A stretch of 64,000 nucleotides of DNA from Nitrospirota bacterium (GTDB lineage: Bacteria; Nitrospirota; UBA9217): the NCBI GenBank assembly GCA_963754875.1, contig CAVWHO010000016.1:480001-544000 (forward strand), given 5' to 3'. Shown here in pieces: positions 43,842 through 53,769 of this stretch (position 1 is the stretch's first letter; each line of letters starts with the position of its first letter). Both the position numbers and the translations under genes were made by a program. The notes under the pieces were generated by a model. That model did no database searches, was not told the DNA's origin, and was given only the letters and a program-made list of their open reading frames with translations.

Positions 43842-45301
43842 ACGCGCTCGCACGCTGGTACGACGAGAACCGCGCGGCTGCCTGGATCATCGCCGCATTC
43901 ACCGCCCTTCGACTTGCCGTCGCGCCGACGTTCGGGCTCGGCACTGATGAAGCGCACTATGTTCTCTATGCGCGTTTCTTGGACCTGAGTTACTTCGACC
44001 ACCCGCCGCTCGTGGGCTGGACCCACGCATTGTTCTATTACACGCTGGGCACGAATGAATTCCTGGCACGCTTGCCGGCGATCCTCCTTTTCGTCGTCAC
44101 GTCGTTTCTCTGCTATCGCTTCGTCCTGTCCGTGAGCGGAAAGAGGCCTGCGCTGCTCGCCGTCGTTGCCTTGAACAGCTCCTTTCTGCTGAGCGGGCTC
44201 GGGCTTATGCTGCTGCCGGAATCCCTGCTTTTGCCCATCGTCTTCGCGCTCATCTTCACGGTCTTGCGGCTCGAACGTTCGCCTGATCTCAAAAACTTCA
44301 TCCTCCTGGGGTTGGTGCTCGGCCTCGCCGGCCTTGCCAAGTATACGGCCATTCTATTCGTACCTGCCATCCTGATCTACGGATTGATGAGGAAACGATA
44401 TGACATCCTTTTGAATCCCCGTCTGCTCATATCCGTTGTTGTCGCCCTGGTCGTAATTTCGCCGGTGATCTATTGGAATGTGCACACTGACTTTATAAGC
44501 TTCCGTTACCAGAGCGGCCATGTGGTCGGCGGGCATATGCCGAACTTCACGAAGTTTTTCCAGGGTCTCGGAGCCCAGTTCGGGGCCTACAGCCCACCCT
44601 TCTTCTGCCTTTCCTTTTACGGGCTCTACAAGGCTTTCAAAAGCCGAAGCGGTGCTTTGCTGTTGGCCGCCCTCATCGGCTCCGTGTTACTGTTGTTCTT
44701 TCTCTACTCGTCTCTCTTCAAATTCGCGCTGCCCCACTGGTCAGCCGTCTTTTATGCGCTCTTTGTTCCCCTTGGCGTGGCCTTCCTGGACCAGAGCCAC
44801 GTCAGTATGAAACAGGGAATCCTCGTATTCTCCATCGGATTCAGTGTCCTACTCGCGCTGGTGCTCCAGGCGGAGCTCGGAGTCAAGGCATTTCGTTTTC
44901 CCGACTATAAGTCCCCGTTCCGAGATATCTACGGCATGCCGGGCACAGTCAAGCGCGCAAATGAGATCCTGGCCCAGGACCCCTCTCCCAGGAAAGCGCT
45001 TGCTGTCACGAACTGGACCTATGTCAGCCGCACGATGTACTACAATATCCCTTACAAAAGCGGCGTATTCCTGCTCGGCAACGATGATGAGCGGTTTACG
45101 TCTTGGTATTCAGGCTCACCCTTGGGCGCGGACATCCTCTTCATCACCAATCATTTCGAGCGGCCAGATATTAGCCGGGAAATGAAGTGCAGTGATGTGA
45201 GCGACGCAGGGCAGATGGACATCCTTCTACACGGGGGCAAAGTTGATACGATCGATTATGTCTGGTGCAGGTCCTTCAACGGGGTAAATACCAATAGATA
45301 A
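43838..45301 (+). CDS. GT-C fold glycosyltransferase family 39 / ArnT-like
   Basis: DEAHY...YFDHPPLV, LAKYT, multiple TM helices; start overlaps the GT9 stop. Confidence 0.88.
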   Translation: MNALARWYDENRAAAWIIAAFTALRLAVAPTFGLGTDEAHYVLYARFLDLSYFDHPPLVGWTHALFYYTLGTNEFLARLPAILLFVVTSFLCYRFVLSVSGKRPALLAVVALNSSFLLSGLGLMLLPESLLLPIVFALIFTVLRLERSPDLKNFILLGLVLGLAGLAKYTAILFVPAILIYGLMRKRYDILLNPRLLISVVVALVVISPVIYWNVHTDFISFRYQSGHVVGGHMPNFTKFFQGLGAQFGAYSPPFFCLSFYGLYKAFKSRSGALLLAALIGSVLLLFFLYSSLFKFALPHWSAVFYALFVPLGVAFLDQSHVSMKQGILVFSIGFSVLLALVLQAELGVKAFRFPDYKSPFRDIYGMPGTVKRANEILAQDPSPRKALAVTNWTYVSRTMYYNIPYKSGVFLLGNDDERFTSWYSGSPLGADILFITNHFERPDISREMKCSDVSDAGQMDILLHGGKVDTIDYVWCRSFNGVNTNR

Positions 45302-45555
45302 GAATTCCTCCTTTTTCTCTTCGAACATTTTCAGCACGAACCAGCCACCCTCCAAATAAAACTATCAGATATTTCAGAAGATTTCGGAATTAAAGCTTAA
45401 TATACTCATGCACCTTACGTACCCTCTGTAAGACATCCTAAAGTCGTTTTTGCACATAAAGTTACAATCTGAATTCGTTAGCGTCTATTCCATAAATACC
45501 TACTCGACATCGCGTGCTACCGTGCAATCTATAAGATTATTTCCCAAATTCACCC

Positions 45556-45582
45556 TATAGTTTCAGCCTGAGTTGCCGATAA
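45556..45582 (+). promoter_or_regulatory. Sigma28 (FliA)-type promoter
   Basis: TATAGTTT-N11-GCCGATAA versus consensus TAAAGTTT-N11-GCCGATAA (one mismatch). Confidence 0.75.
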
Positions 45583-45623
45583 AATAGATAGACAAAAATG
45601 CATTATTAATGGAAAGAAAAATC

Positions 45624-45857
45624 ATGGCTGATGCAAATTCAAGCATAGTTTCCGGACAACCTGCTTATCGGCCGCAACAAGTGGCTACCCAGCAACTAAC
45701 AACTCAGGGAACCTCCCCTCAGCCCAAGGATGATATTGTAGCTATCTCGGCTCAGGGCAGACAAGCAGTACAACAACCCGCCCCTTACTCGCCAACTGAG
45801 GAAAAGAACGAGTCTTATACACAGAAGATGATAGAGACCCAGGCTGGTAAGAAGTAG
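45624..45857 (+). CDS. Small Gln/Thr-rich hypothetical protein (alternative start 45609)
   Basis: Open frame just downstream of the sigma28-type promoter; low-complexity sequence with a DIVAISAQG motif. Confidence 0.65.
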   Translation: MADANSSIVSGQPAYRPQQVATQQLTTQGTSPQPKDDIVAISAQGRQAVQQPAPYSPTEEKNESYTQKMIETQAGKK

Positions 45858-46005
45858 TTGTTTTGAGAAAATTGGATTTTTTAGTAAGCACATCAGCCAA
45901 TCGGTGTGCTTATTTTGTATCAGAGCTGACCCTGTTGAAACTTGTAGCACGTAGTCTTTAAAATATTTTACAAATCAGCATTAACTAAAGTTGCTAAGGA
46001 GACTT

Positions 46006-46869
46006 ATGAAAAAAAAATATCTTGTCAGCACCTGCATCAGTATTGTTCTTCTCGTCTTTATCGTGCTTCCACCTGTGGCTCAGGCACAGGAACCGCTGAT
46101 TTTCGGATTGCCGTCCTTCGTCTCAGCAACAGATCTGTACAAGCGCTTCAGCCCGCTTGCCGATCGTCTGAGCAAAGATTTGGGCAGACCCGTCAAATTC
46201 CTCACGGAAGTTGACTATGAGGCCCATTTAATGAATTTAAAAAACGGCGATTTGGACATCGCATTTCTGGGACCGGCATCTTATGTCTCGTATACCAAAC
46301 GCTTTGGGAAAGTTCCGATCCTTGCGGTTTTCGAAACGAATGGCAGCAAGACATTCAAGGGGTTTATTGTGGTACGGAAGGACAGCCCGATTACCGAGTT
46401 GTCGCAGCTCAAGGGGAAAAAAATCGCTTTCGGTGATGTCAAGTCGACAATGGGCCACATTGTGCCGAGGTACATGCTGCTGAAAGCCGGTATAGACTTG
46501 AAGCAACTCGCCAATCACCAGTTTCTCGACAATCAGGAGAACGTAGCGCTGGGCGTCTTGTCCGGAAATTTCGATGCTGGAGCGCTAAGAGAAGATATGT
46601 ATAACCACTACACACAGGAAGGCCTGAGGGCCGTGGCAATAAGCGAGCCTATGCCGGATCATCTTTTTGTCGCCCGTGCGGGCCTGCCCGATGATACTGT
46701 ACGCAAGATCTCCAAGATCCTTTTTTCGCTGAAAGACACCGAGGAAGGAAGACAGGTCCTTCGTTCCGTGCAGAAGAGCTTGACCGCTCTCGTGCCCGGC
46801 ACAGATGCCAACTATGATCCTCTCAGAAAAGTTTCTGATGCTCTTGCGAAAGTGGGGATAAATCCTTGA
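46006..46869 (+). CDS. PhnD-type phosphate/phosphonate-family substrate-binding protein
   Basis: Signal peptide (AQA), DIAFLGPASY, LKGKKIAFGDVKSTMGHIVP, VLSGNFDAGA. Confidence 0.85.
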   Translation: MKKKYLVSTCISIVLLVFIVLPPVAQAQEPLIFGLPSFVSATDLYKRFSPLADRLSKDLGRPVKFLTEVDYEAHLMNLKNGDLDIAFLGPASYVSYTKRFGKVPILAVFETNGSKTFKGFIVVRKDSPITELSQLKGKKIAFGDVKSTMGHIVPRYMLLKAGIDLKQLANHQFLDNQENVALGVLSGNFDAGALREDMYNHYTQEGLRAVAISEPMPDHLFVARAGLPDDTVRKISKILFSLKDTEEGRQVLRSVQKSLTALVPGTDANYDPLRKVSDALAKVGINP

Positions 46870-49394
46870 CTCGGTTCCGCCATCCACTTGTCCTGGGTGT
46901 ATTCATCGCGGTGCTGTTTTGTTTTCTCGTCCTTTCCGCGTTCCTGCTGGCCTACCAGCAGCGGACGCTGCTGCGTTCGAATAGCTATCAGGAAGCAATA
47001 CACGATCTCGATCTTATGGCTGACGCCTCACTTGAAGCGCTCCTTAAATCCGACTTTGTCACCGTGCGGACATTTCTTGAGCGATGGGGAAAGAATTACA
47101 AGAAGGTTCATATGCTCCAGGCAGTGTCGCCAAACGGCTTTGTGCTGGCAGAATATAAAAATCCAGCTCCGGAGTCGGGTGAAACCTTTATGCTGTCTAA
47201 AAAGATAGAAATCGGAAAGGCAGAACTGGCAACACTGTACCTCGAGGGAGATTATCATAATACCGATATGCTTGCGGCACATCTGAGGAACCGCTTGGCC
47301 TTGGGGGCCATTTTCATTACGGTGATGCTTGGATTTTCTCTATGGTCCCTCATCCAGAAAATGGCAATGGCGCCGCTGGCGGAGGCGGTCGAGGAGAGGA
47401 CCCGTGCTCTATCGGTCGCAAATCAGGAACTTGAACAGGAGATTGCGGAACGTCAGCGTGCTGAGGAAGCGCTCAGGGAACACGAGCAACACATTACCCT
47501 GCTCTTGAATTCAATAGCCGAGGGCGTCTACGGCGTCGACCTCCAAAAAAACTGCGTCTTCTGCAATCCGGCTGGGCTTCGACTCCTCGGCTATGAGCGA
47601 GTAGAGGATGTCATTGGAAAGAATATCCACCAGCTTATCCATCATACGAGGCCCGATAACTCACCGTATCCCCATGAGGACTGCAAGGTCTTAAGGTGCT
47701 TTCACACAGAAGAAAACATTCATGTTGATGACGAGGTGTTCTGGCGTTCCGACGGAACCAGCTTTCCCGTTGAATACTGGGCGCAGCCAATCATTCGCGA
47801 TGGAGCTCCAATCGGCGCGGTTACTGCTTTTGTCGACATCACTGCCCGCAAGCGGGCGGAGGAAGAGCTGCGCAAGAGTGAAGAGCGTTTGCACGTAATT
47901 CTTGAATCAACCGACGACGGTATCCTTGCAGTCAACGCTTTGGGAAAAACAATTATGAAAAACAAGAGATTCGCTGCTCTTTGGCGAATTCCTCAGCCGC
48001 TCATTGATTCCGGTGATGACAACGGCATGCTAAATTGCATGCTCGAACAACTTACGAACCCCGACGGATTCCTCTATAAGGTGAAGGCCCTGCATAACAC
48101 AGCAGAATTCGGCAAGGACATAATCTTATTTAAGGATGGCCGCACCTTTGAAAGATATTCAGCTCCCATGCTTTATGAAGGTGCTGTGATCGGCAGATTA
48201 TGGTCCTTCCGGGACATCACAGAAAGGCAAAAACTTGAGGACCAGCTTCGCCAAGCTCAAAAGATGGAATCTGTAGGGACTCTTGCCGGGGGCATTGCTC
48301 ATGACTTCAATAACATCCTGACCGCTATCATCGGGTACGGGCATATCGCACTCATGAAATTGGAACCCGATAATCTCCAGAGGCAAAATATTATGAATAT
48401 TCTTGCGTCTGCGGATAGGGCCACCTATCTTACCCAGGGGCTGCTTGCCTTCAGCAGAAAGCAGATGAGCAATAAGAAGCAGGTCGATCTGAACGATATC
48501 ATGAAAAAGATCGAAAATTTCTTAAGGCGAATAATCGGTGAGGACATCGAGTTTGTTACGAATCTGCATAGCACATCTCTGCCGGTTTTCGTCGATGTGA
48601 ACCAGATCGAGCAGGTCTTGATGAATCTTTCAACAAACGCCCGTGACGCAATGCCAAAGGGAGGGGTCCTTACCGTTGCGATAGAAAGCGTCCACCTTGA
48701 CGATGAGTTCTCAAAGCGCCATGGCTTTGGAAAAAACGGTTTTTACGGCATGATAACCGTATCTGATACAGGCATCGGCATGTCAAAGGAAATCCAGAAG
48801 AGAATGTTCGAACCATTCTATACGACCAAGGAAGTCGGAAAAGGCACAGGACTAGGACTGTCAATCATATACGGTATCGTGAAGCAGCATAATGGTTTCA
48901 TTACGGTGGACAGCGAACCCGACAAGGGAACGACCTTCAGGATGTACCTGCCGATTATCGAACCTGCTGTCAGCGAAAGTATAACGACCGAACAACCCAT
49001 AGGTCCCATGAGAGGAACTGAGACGATACTGTTGGCAGAAGATGAGGAGACGCTTAGGGAATTGATGAGATCGATGTTTGAAGAATTTGGGTACGAAGTA
49101 ATTGTCGCCGTTGACGGCGAAGATGCAGTGAGAAAGTTCGCGGAGAACAAAGATCGAATTCATCTTTTTCTTTCGGACCTTATCATGCCAAAGAAGACCG
49201 GCAAAGAGGCCTATGATGAGATCAGAAAGATGCGCCCTGACATCAATACAATCTTTATGAGCGGATATTCTCCCGATGTAATCAGGGATAAGACAGCCCT
49301 TGGAAACGGAGCAACCATCATCTATAAGCCGATATCTCCGATGGACCTTCTGAAAAGAGTACGAAGTGTCCTGGATGAGTTCAATAAAAAGTAA
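46866..49394 (+). CDS. Membrane-bound PAS hybrid histidine kinase with receiver domain
   Basis: Two TM helices around a periplasmic domain, two PAS domains, [20 protein letters not shown]...GTGLGL, receiver DLIMP; TTG start overlaps the upstream stop. Confidence 0.92.
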   Translation: MTRFRHPLVLGVFIAVLFCFLVLSAFLLAYQQRTLLRSNSYQEAIHDLDLMADASLEALLKSDFVTVRTFLERWGKNYKKVHMLQAVSPNGFVLAEYKNPAPESGETFMLSKKIEIGKAELATLYLEGDYHNTDMLAAHLRNRLALGAIFITVMLGFSLWSLIQKMAMAPLAEAVEERTRALSVANQELEQEIAERQRAEEALREHEQHITLLLNSIAEGVYGVDLQKNCVFCNPAGLRLLGYERVEDVIGKNIHQLIHHTRPDNSPYPHEDCKVLRCFHTEENIHVDDEVFWRSDGTSFPVEYWAQPIIRDGAPIGAVTAFVDITARKRAEEELRKSEERLHVILESTDDGILAVNALGKTIMKNKRFAALWRIPQPLIDSGDDNGMLNCMLEQLTNPDGFLYKVKALHNTAEFGKDIILFKDGRTFERYSAPMLYEGAVIGRLWSFRDITERQKLEDQLRQAQKMESVGTLAGGIAHDFNNILTAIIGYGHIALMKLEPDNLQRQNIMNILASADRATYLTQGLLAFSRKQMSNKKQVDLNDIMKKIENFLRRIIGEDIEFVTNLHSTSLPVFVDVNQIEQVLMNLSTNARDAMPKGGVLTVAIESVHLDDEFSKRHGFGKNGFYGMITVSDTGIGMSKEIQKRMFEPFYTTKEVGKGTGLGLSIIYGIVKQHNGFITVDSEPDKGTTFRMYLPIIEPAVSESITTEQPIGPMRGTETILLAEDEETLRELMRSMFEEFGYEVIVAVDGEDAVRKFAENKDRIHLFLSDLIMPKKTGKEAYDEIRKMRPDINTIFMSGYSPDVIRDKTALGNGATIIYKPISPMDLLKRVRSVLDEFNKK

Positions 49395-50387
49395 AGTAAT
49401 ATGTTCTGTCGGTTTATGTGGTGTCAGATCCTTCTTGAACTCTGCATGTATGATATATTGTGAAAGAATGCACACAAGGTCTGAAGCTGCCGAAGTTTCC
49501 ATTAATGGCAAAACTTAAAGTTTGAACCCGTATTCTGCAGCACAGCACATCTAATCATTTTCCCCTTACGACATGCCTGTACAATATCATTGACGTAAAT
49601 TTATTTCAGACTTTGAAATGCTGCAATAGTCTTCTGAAACCGCTTCTCCTGTTTTCAAGCCTGAGTAGCCCAAGCAGAACACAAAGATTATTTAGACGGC
49701 GCTTTCGTCTTCCTGACGCATGACTGTTGCTCATGCGGCTAAAGTATTCAGCGCAGTTTCCTTTCTGAATTCTTCATCTGAAAAATTTTCTTTCTATGGT
49801 TCAAGTGACAACTTATATTTAATAGAGTATATTTTATTTAGGTGTACGTATTATGTAAACTGACAGGCCATAAATCTCATGAATACAGTTCTTTTCAAAA
49901 ACTAATACCATTTGAAGTATACAGTCAACGGTGCTTCCTGAATCATTGGAGTTGCCATTCCGTGCAACAGCGAACACTTTATCCCGTATCTGACAATGTC
50001 TCTACTCCCAAAATACCCAATCGCCAGCGTTAATGTAGCTGCGCATCAGGCGATGCGATTAAAGCGTTTACTTTTAATTTACTTTCCTCTTATACAAAGT
50101 CCGGCATAGGTAGTATTTTCGAGTAAAAGGTGCTAAGGTTAATCAGGAGAAATATTGTATAGATGATGAGAAGATGTGATGTAAGGCTGCTAATTGTATG
50201 AGGTCAAGATGCTTGAGACGAGACCTTAAGGGGAAATATAATAGAAGGATAAAGGAATTATGTCTGAATCGCTGCATGATATTGGTAGTGTAGTTTTTTA
50301 AATGAGCTGCCTAGGAAGGTGGTAAACTATGGAAACGATAGATGATAGGACTAAGGAAATGACGAAAGAGCGGCTCATAAATAGAGC

Positions 50388-50468
50388 AGGCATCGTATGG
50401 CAAGGATAGGGAAAAAGTGTAAAGAGGTCCCCGATAAAATGGAATGGATCGCCATTGCTACGATGGGC
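50388..50468 (+). pseudogene. Degenerate 81-bp copy of the start of the downstream FMN-binding protein gene
   Basis: Aligns without gaps to 50586-50666 (offset 198); 72/81 identical by manual alignment. Confidence 0.85.
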
Positions 50469-50594
50469 GATAAAGTTGCTTTTTTAGTTACATCGCCCAA
50501 AATGTCCCATCAAGGTTATTGACTCAGTCTCCACATTGATAATGGTGTCATCTGTGCTAATTTTAAATAGTTCCGCTCAAAGAGGAGGCATCGT

Positions 50595-50981
50595 ATGGCA
50601 AAGATAGAAAAAAAGTGTAAAGAGGTCCTCGATAAAACAGAATGGATCGCCATTGCTACAGTAGGCTCTGACGGGCCGCATCTGGCTGGCACCTGGGGGG
50701 AATACGTCAAGGCGCTCGGTGTGATTAATGACGACACGCTTCTTGTTCCTATCGGTGGATACATGAAAACAGAAGATAATCTCGAGATGAATAGTAGGAT
50801 AGAATTGCTCTGCGGCACCAGGCAGGTTCAGGGAAGTCATGGTCCGGGCAAGGGGTGCAGGATCAGGGGAACGGGGCAGATTCAGAAATATGGCGAACAT
50901 TTCGAAGCGGCAAAGAAACTATTTCCCTGGGCGAGAGGAGTCCTGGTTATTAGAGCGGAAGAAGTCTACGAACAGCTCTAA
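50595..50981 (+). CDS. Pyridoxamine 5'-phosphate oxidase family FMN-binding protein
   Basis: WIAIATVGSDGPHL..TW, KTEDNL..N, G.GCRIRGTG, FPWARG; SD GGAGG. Confidence 0.85.
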   Translation: MAKIEKKCKEVLDKTEWIAIATVGSDGPHLAGTWGEYVKALGVINDDTLLVPIGGYMKTEDNLEMNSRIELLCGTRQVQGSHGPGKGCRIRGTGQIQKYGEHFEAAKKLFPWARGVLVIRAEEVYEQL

Positions 50982-51680
50982 CGCCAGCGCTGATGTTGTC
51001 CGTATGACGTGATAGATCCTGGTTGTAACGTATGGTAGCGAATACCTAGGGGCGATTCCATGGTTGCCCGGCTTTGAAAACTTGATTGCGAAACAAATAT
51101 ACACCTTGAACTATTTAACATAATATCCGTGATAACGGGAAAACAGATGGCCCAAAAACAATCGCCGGTGGACATCCGTCAAAGGAAGCCAATAAAAGAT
51201 TAAAGCGCAATAAGCTCCCTATTGCTGGCACAGTCGCTAAGAGCGCCGGGGCAGCAAAATCGTCATCCAATCTCAACCAGCCAAGGGATAAAGTGTGCAC
51301 CCCTGAATAAGACCGATTGGAAGAGAAAACAATTCCGATTGATGTTTACCATAATTCCTAGCCAGTGGCCGACAAATCTGCTATTTTCAGGATGCAATGA
51401 AGCATATTTGGTTGTAAATTTAATGTATCGAATGCATCCTGTACTAGTGAAGATTCCGTAAATAGTCTATAGTTCATCTCGAAGTTTTGCATAATAATGT
51501 TATGGTCCTTAATTTTACCGTTTCCTCTTGTTTTGCGCGTAGTCGGAAATGGGCTATGTAGACGTTAAAAAAACTCTCTCCTTTTTTCTTTATATTTTCG
51601 CATCAATCTATTATACTTTCGTAGTCTAAAAAATTCCTAACAGAGAATATCTCGATTTTTACTAGTGAGGCCGAGGGGCA

Positions 51681-52046
51681 ATGAAAACAGTGCTTTTCAT
51701 TGATGACGAAGAGGAATGCCTGAAGAGTCTTGGTGCAATTATGAACCACCTTGGTTACCATGTCATCGCACTTCCCGACGCCAGGGATGCACTCGCTGTT
51801 GTTTTGCGCAAAGAAACAACTATTGACCTCGTAATCACTGATTACAACATGCCGGAAATAAATGGATTACAGTTCCTTATTTTGTTGAAGCGAATACTTC
51901 CATCTGTTCCGATAATCATGCTAACTGGATACGGCGATGTTGGAACCTATTTGAAAGCGATTGGCCTCGATGTTTTTGAGTTTGTAAATAAGCCAATCGG
52001 GCCAGAGGAGCTGGACAGAATAATTAAAGCTGCTTTGTTAACTTAG
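51681..52046 (+). CDS. Stand-alone response regulator receiver protein
   Basis: FIDDEE, DLVITDYNMPEING, MLTG, FVNKP. Confidence 0.9.
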   Translation: MKTVLFIDDEEECLKSLGAIMNHLGYHVIALPDARDALAVVLRKETTIDLVITDYNMPEINGLQFLILLKRILPSVPIIMLTGYGDVGTYLKAIGLDVFEFVNKPIGPEELDRIIKAALLT

Positions 52047-52604
52047 AGAAATCCTCATAAGAGGCCATATTGACATGGATCCTGTCATGCGTAGAAAAAC
52101 ACTGAAATCTTATGCTAGCGACGAATAGAAAAAATCTCTGATCATGTCGGCAAATGCCTAAAGTGATGCGCCGTGAGCAGGAAGGCTTTTTTGACGAGTC
52201 ATGAGGTCCAACCCACGAATATCAGGATGATCAATCGTCCCGTATACGTCCCTTCTCTGATTATGCCCTGCAGTAATAAGTAATATCACCCTTTTAAAAA
52301 GAGGCAGGGAACACTATTTTCTCTTTGACAACTGTCAGCCATATCAGTTTTTTGGTCCCACGGCCTTGAGTGAAAAATGCAATGTTTCAACCAGAAGTCC
52401 GGAGCATTTTCGACGGCCCCGCAGTGCAACCTTGTAGGTGCTCCTCGGAGTGACAGGATCTTTAGTGAGGTCACGAATACCAGTTGAAGTTTACAGCAGG
52501 ATTTCCTTCCTAAAAACAGCACTCGAACCTTTACGGCCGATTGTGTATGTTACATGCAGAAACGAGGATGGACTTAACGGTTGAATCTGTGATTCGATAA
52601 TGTC

Positions 52605-52633
52605 TTGCCAACATTCTCCCAATAGGCTATAGT
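52605..52633 (+). promoter_or_regulatory. Sigma70-type promoter of the HU gene
   Basis: TTGCCA-N17-TATAGT. Confidence 0.6.
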
Positions 52634-52673
52634 CGTCCTTGCTTGATCAATCTTCTTCACTGGAGGGAAATTC

Positions 52674-52961
52674 ATGGCAAAAGCAATGACGAAATCGCAG
52701 CTGATAACAAAAATCGCCGAAAAGGCATCTCTTTCAAAGAAAGCAGCCGGTGAAATATTAAACTTCATCGCTGAAACAGCCTACAAGGAAGCAAAGAATT
52801 CGTTCACGCTTCCGGGACTCGGCAAGCTCGTTCTCGTTCAGCGTAAAGCCCGGATGGGCAGAAATCCTGCAACAGGCGAGACCATCAAGATCAAGGCAAA
52901 GAAGGTGGTCAAGTTTCGAGTTGCCAAAGCCGCCAAGGATGCTATTCTCGGCGCAAAGTAA
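52674..52961 (+). CDS. hup: HU family DNA-binding protein
   Basis: MTKSQLI, LPGLGK...RKARMGRNPATGETIKI...KFR. Confidence 0.93.
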   Translation: MAKAMTKSQLITKIAEKASLSKKAAGEILNFIAETAYKEAKNSFTLPGLGKLVLVQRKARMGRNPATGETIKIKAKKVVKFRVAKAAKDAILGAK

Positions 52962-52991
52962 TCAGTACTTTCCGCTCTCGACATACATCAG

Positions 52992-53022
52992 GCCCATTCC
53001 TCACCGAGTGGGCTTTTCTTTT
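52992..53022 (+). terminator. Rho-independent terminator after HU
   Basis: GCCCATTC-CTCACC-GAGTGGGC-TTTTCTTTT. Confidence 0.7.
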
Positions 53023-53118
53023 CCCTGAACAAGAAACCGTGGTATCGAAGACAGAGCCCTACCACAATCTATAGAAGGTCACTACATCGGAGAATCTCGA
53101 TAAAAAGGAGAACTCATC

Positions 53119-53439
53119 ATGAAACCATCGATCATCTTGTGCATCGTAGCATCATTTGCCTTTTCTGCCGTAGCGTTCGCGGAACCCGCGCAAGGGGGTA
53201 AAGACCATGCGCCAGGGCCGTGCAAACAAATCGAGAAAGCTTGCTTGGACGCGGGCTTCATCAAAGGAGCTTGGAAGAAGGGTGACGGCCTGTGGCGCGA
53301 CTGTGTCGGTCCCATCATGCAGGGAAAAACAACGGTGCCAGGCGCCACGAAGGCACTGCCATCGGTGGATGCAGGTGTTGTAGCAGCCTGTAAGGCAAAA
53401 CATCCGAAGTTTGGCGAAGGTAAAGTCGGCTCGAAATAA
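53119..53439 (+). CDS. Exported small hypothetical protein with four Cys in the mature part
   Basis: SD AAGGAG, signal peptide ending AFA, PCKQIEKAC...DC...AC. Confidence 0.8.
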   Translation: MKPSIILCIVASFAFSAVAFAEPAQGGKDHAPGPCKQIEKACLDAGFIKGAWKKGDGLWRDCVGPIMQGKTTVPGATKALPSVDAGVVAACKAKHPKFGEGKVGSK

Positions 53440-53769
53440 GTGACGAGCGCCGCTTACCACCGGTGAAATGTATAGCTTTTACATATCGGTTTCAAAACGA
53501 GATTCAAAAAGTAATTAACACCTTGTATATTATTAGAAATGCATAGTCATAGGGCTATGCCCTTTTTTTATTTTCACGAGTGCATATAATGATTCTGCTG
53601 ATATTCTGGACCTCCTGTTCAATTACCGTTATTGCAACCTCGTAGGTGTACAAAGCTTTATTTTGGTCGGACTGCATGCTTTATTTCACAATGAAGTATG
53701 TCATCCAATAAAACGCCTGCGACCTCAATTAACCGATCTTATCCTTCAATATGTATGCTTTGAGCGTCA

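Noticed and set aside
50388..50666. Diversity-generating retroelement template/variable repeat pair
   Set aside because: Mismatches are not restricted to adenines, the repeat is at the gene 5' end, and no reverse transcriptase is present in the window.
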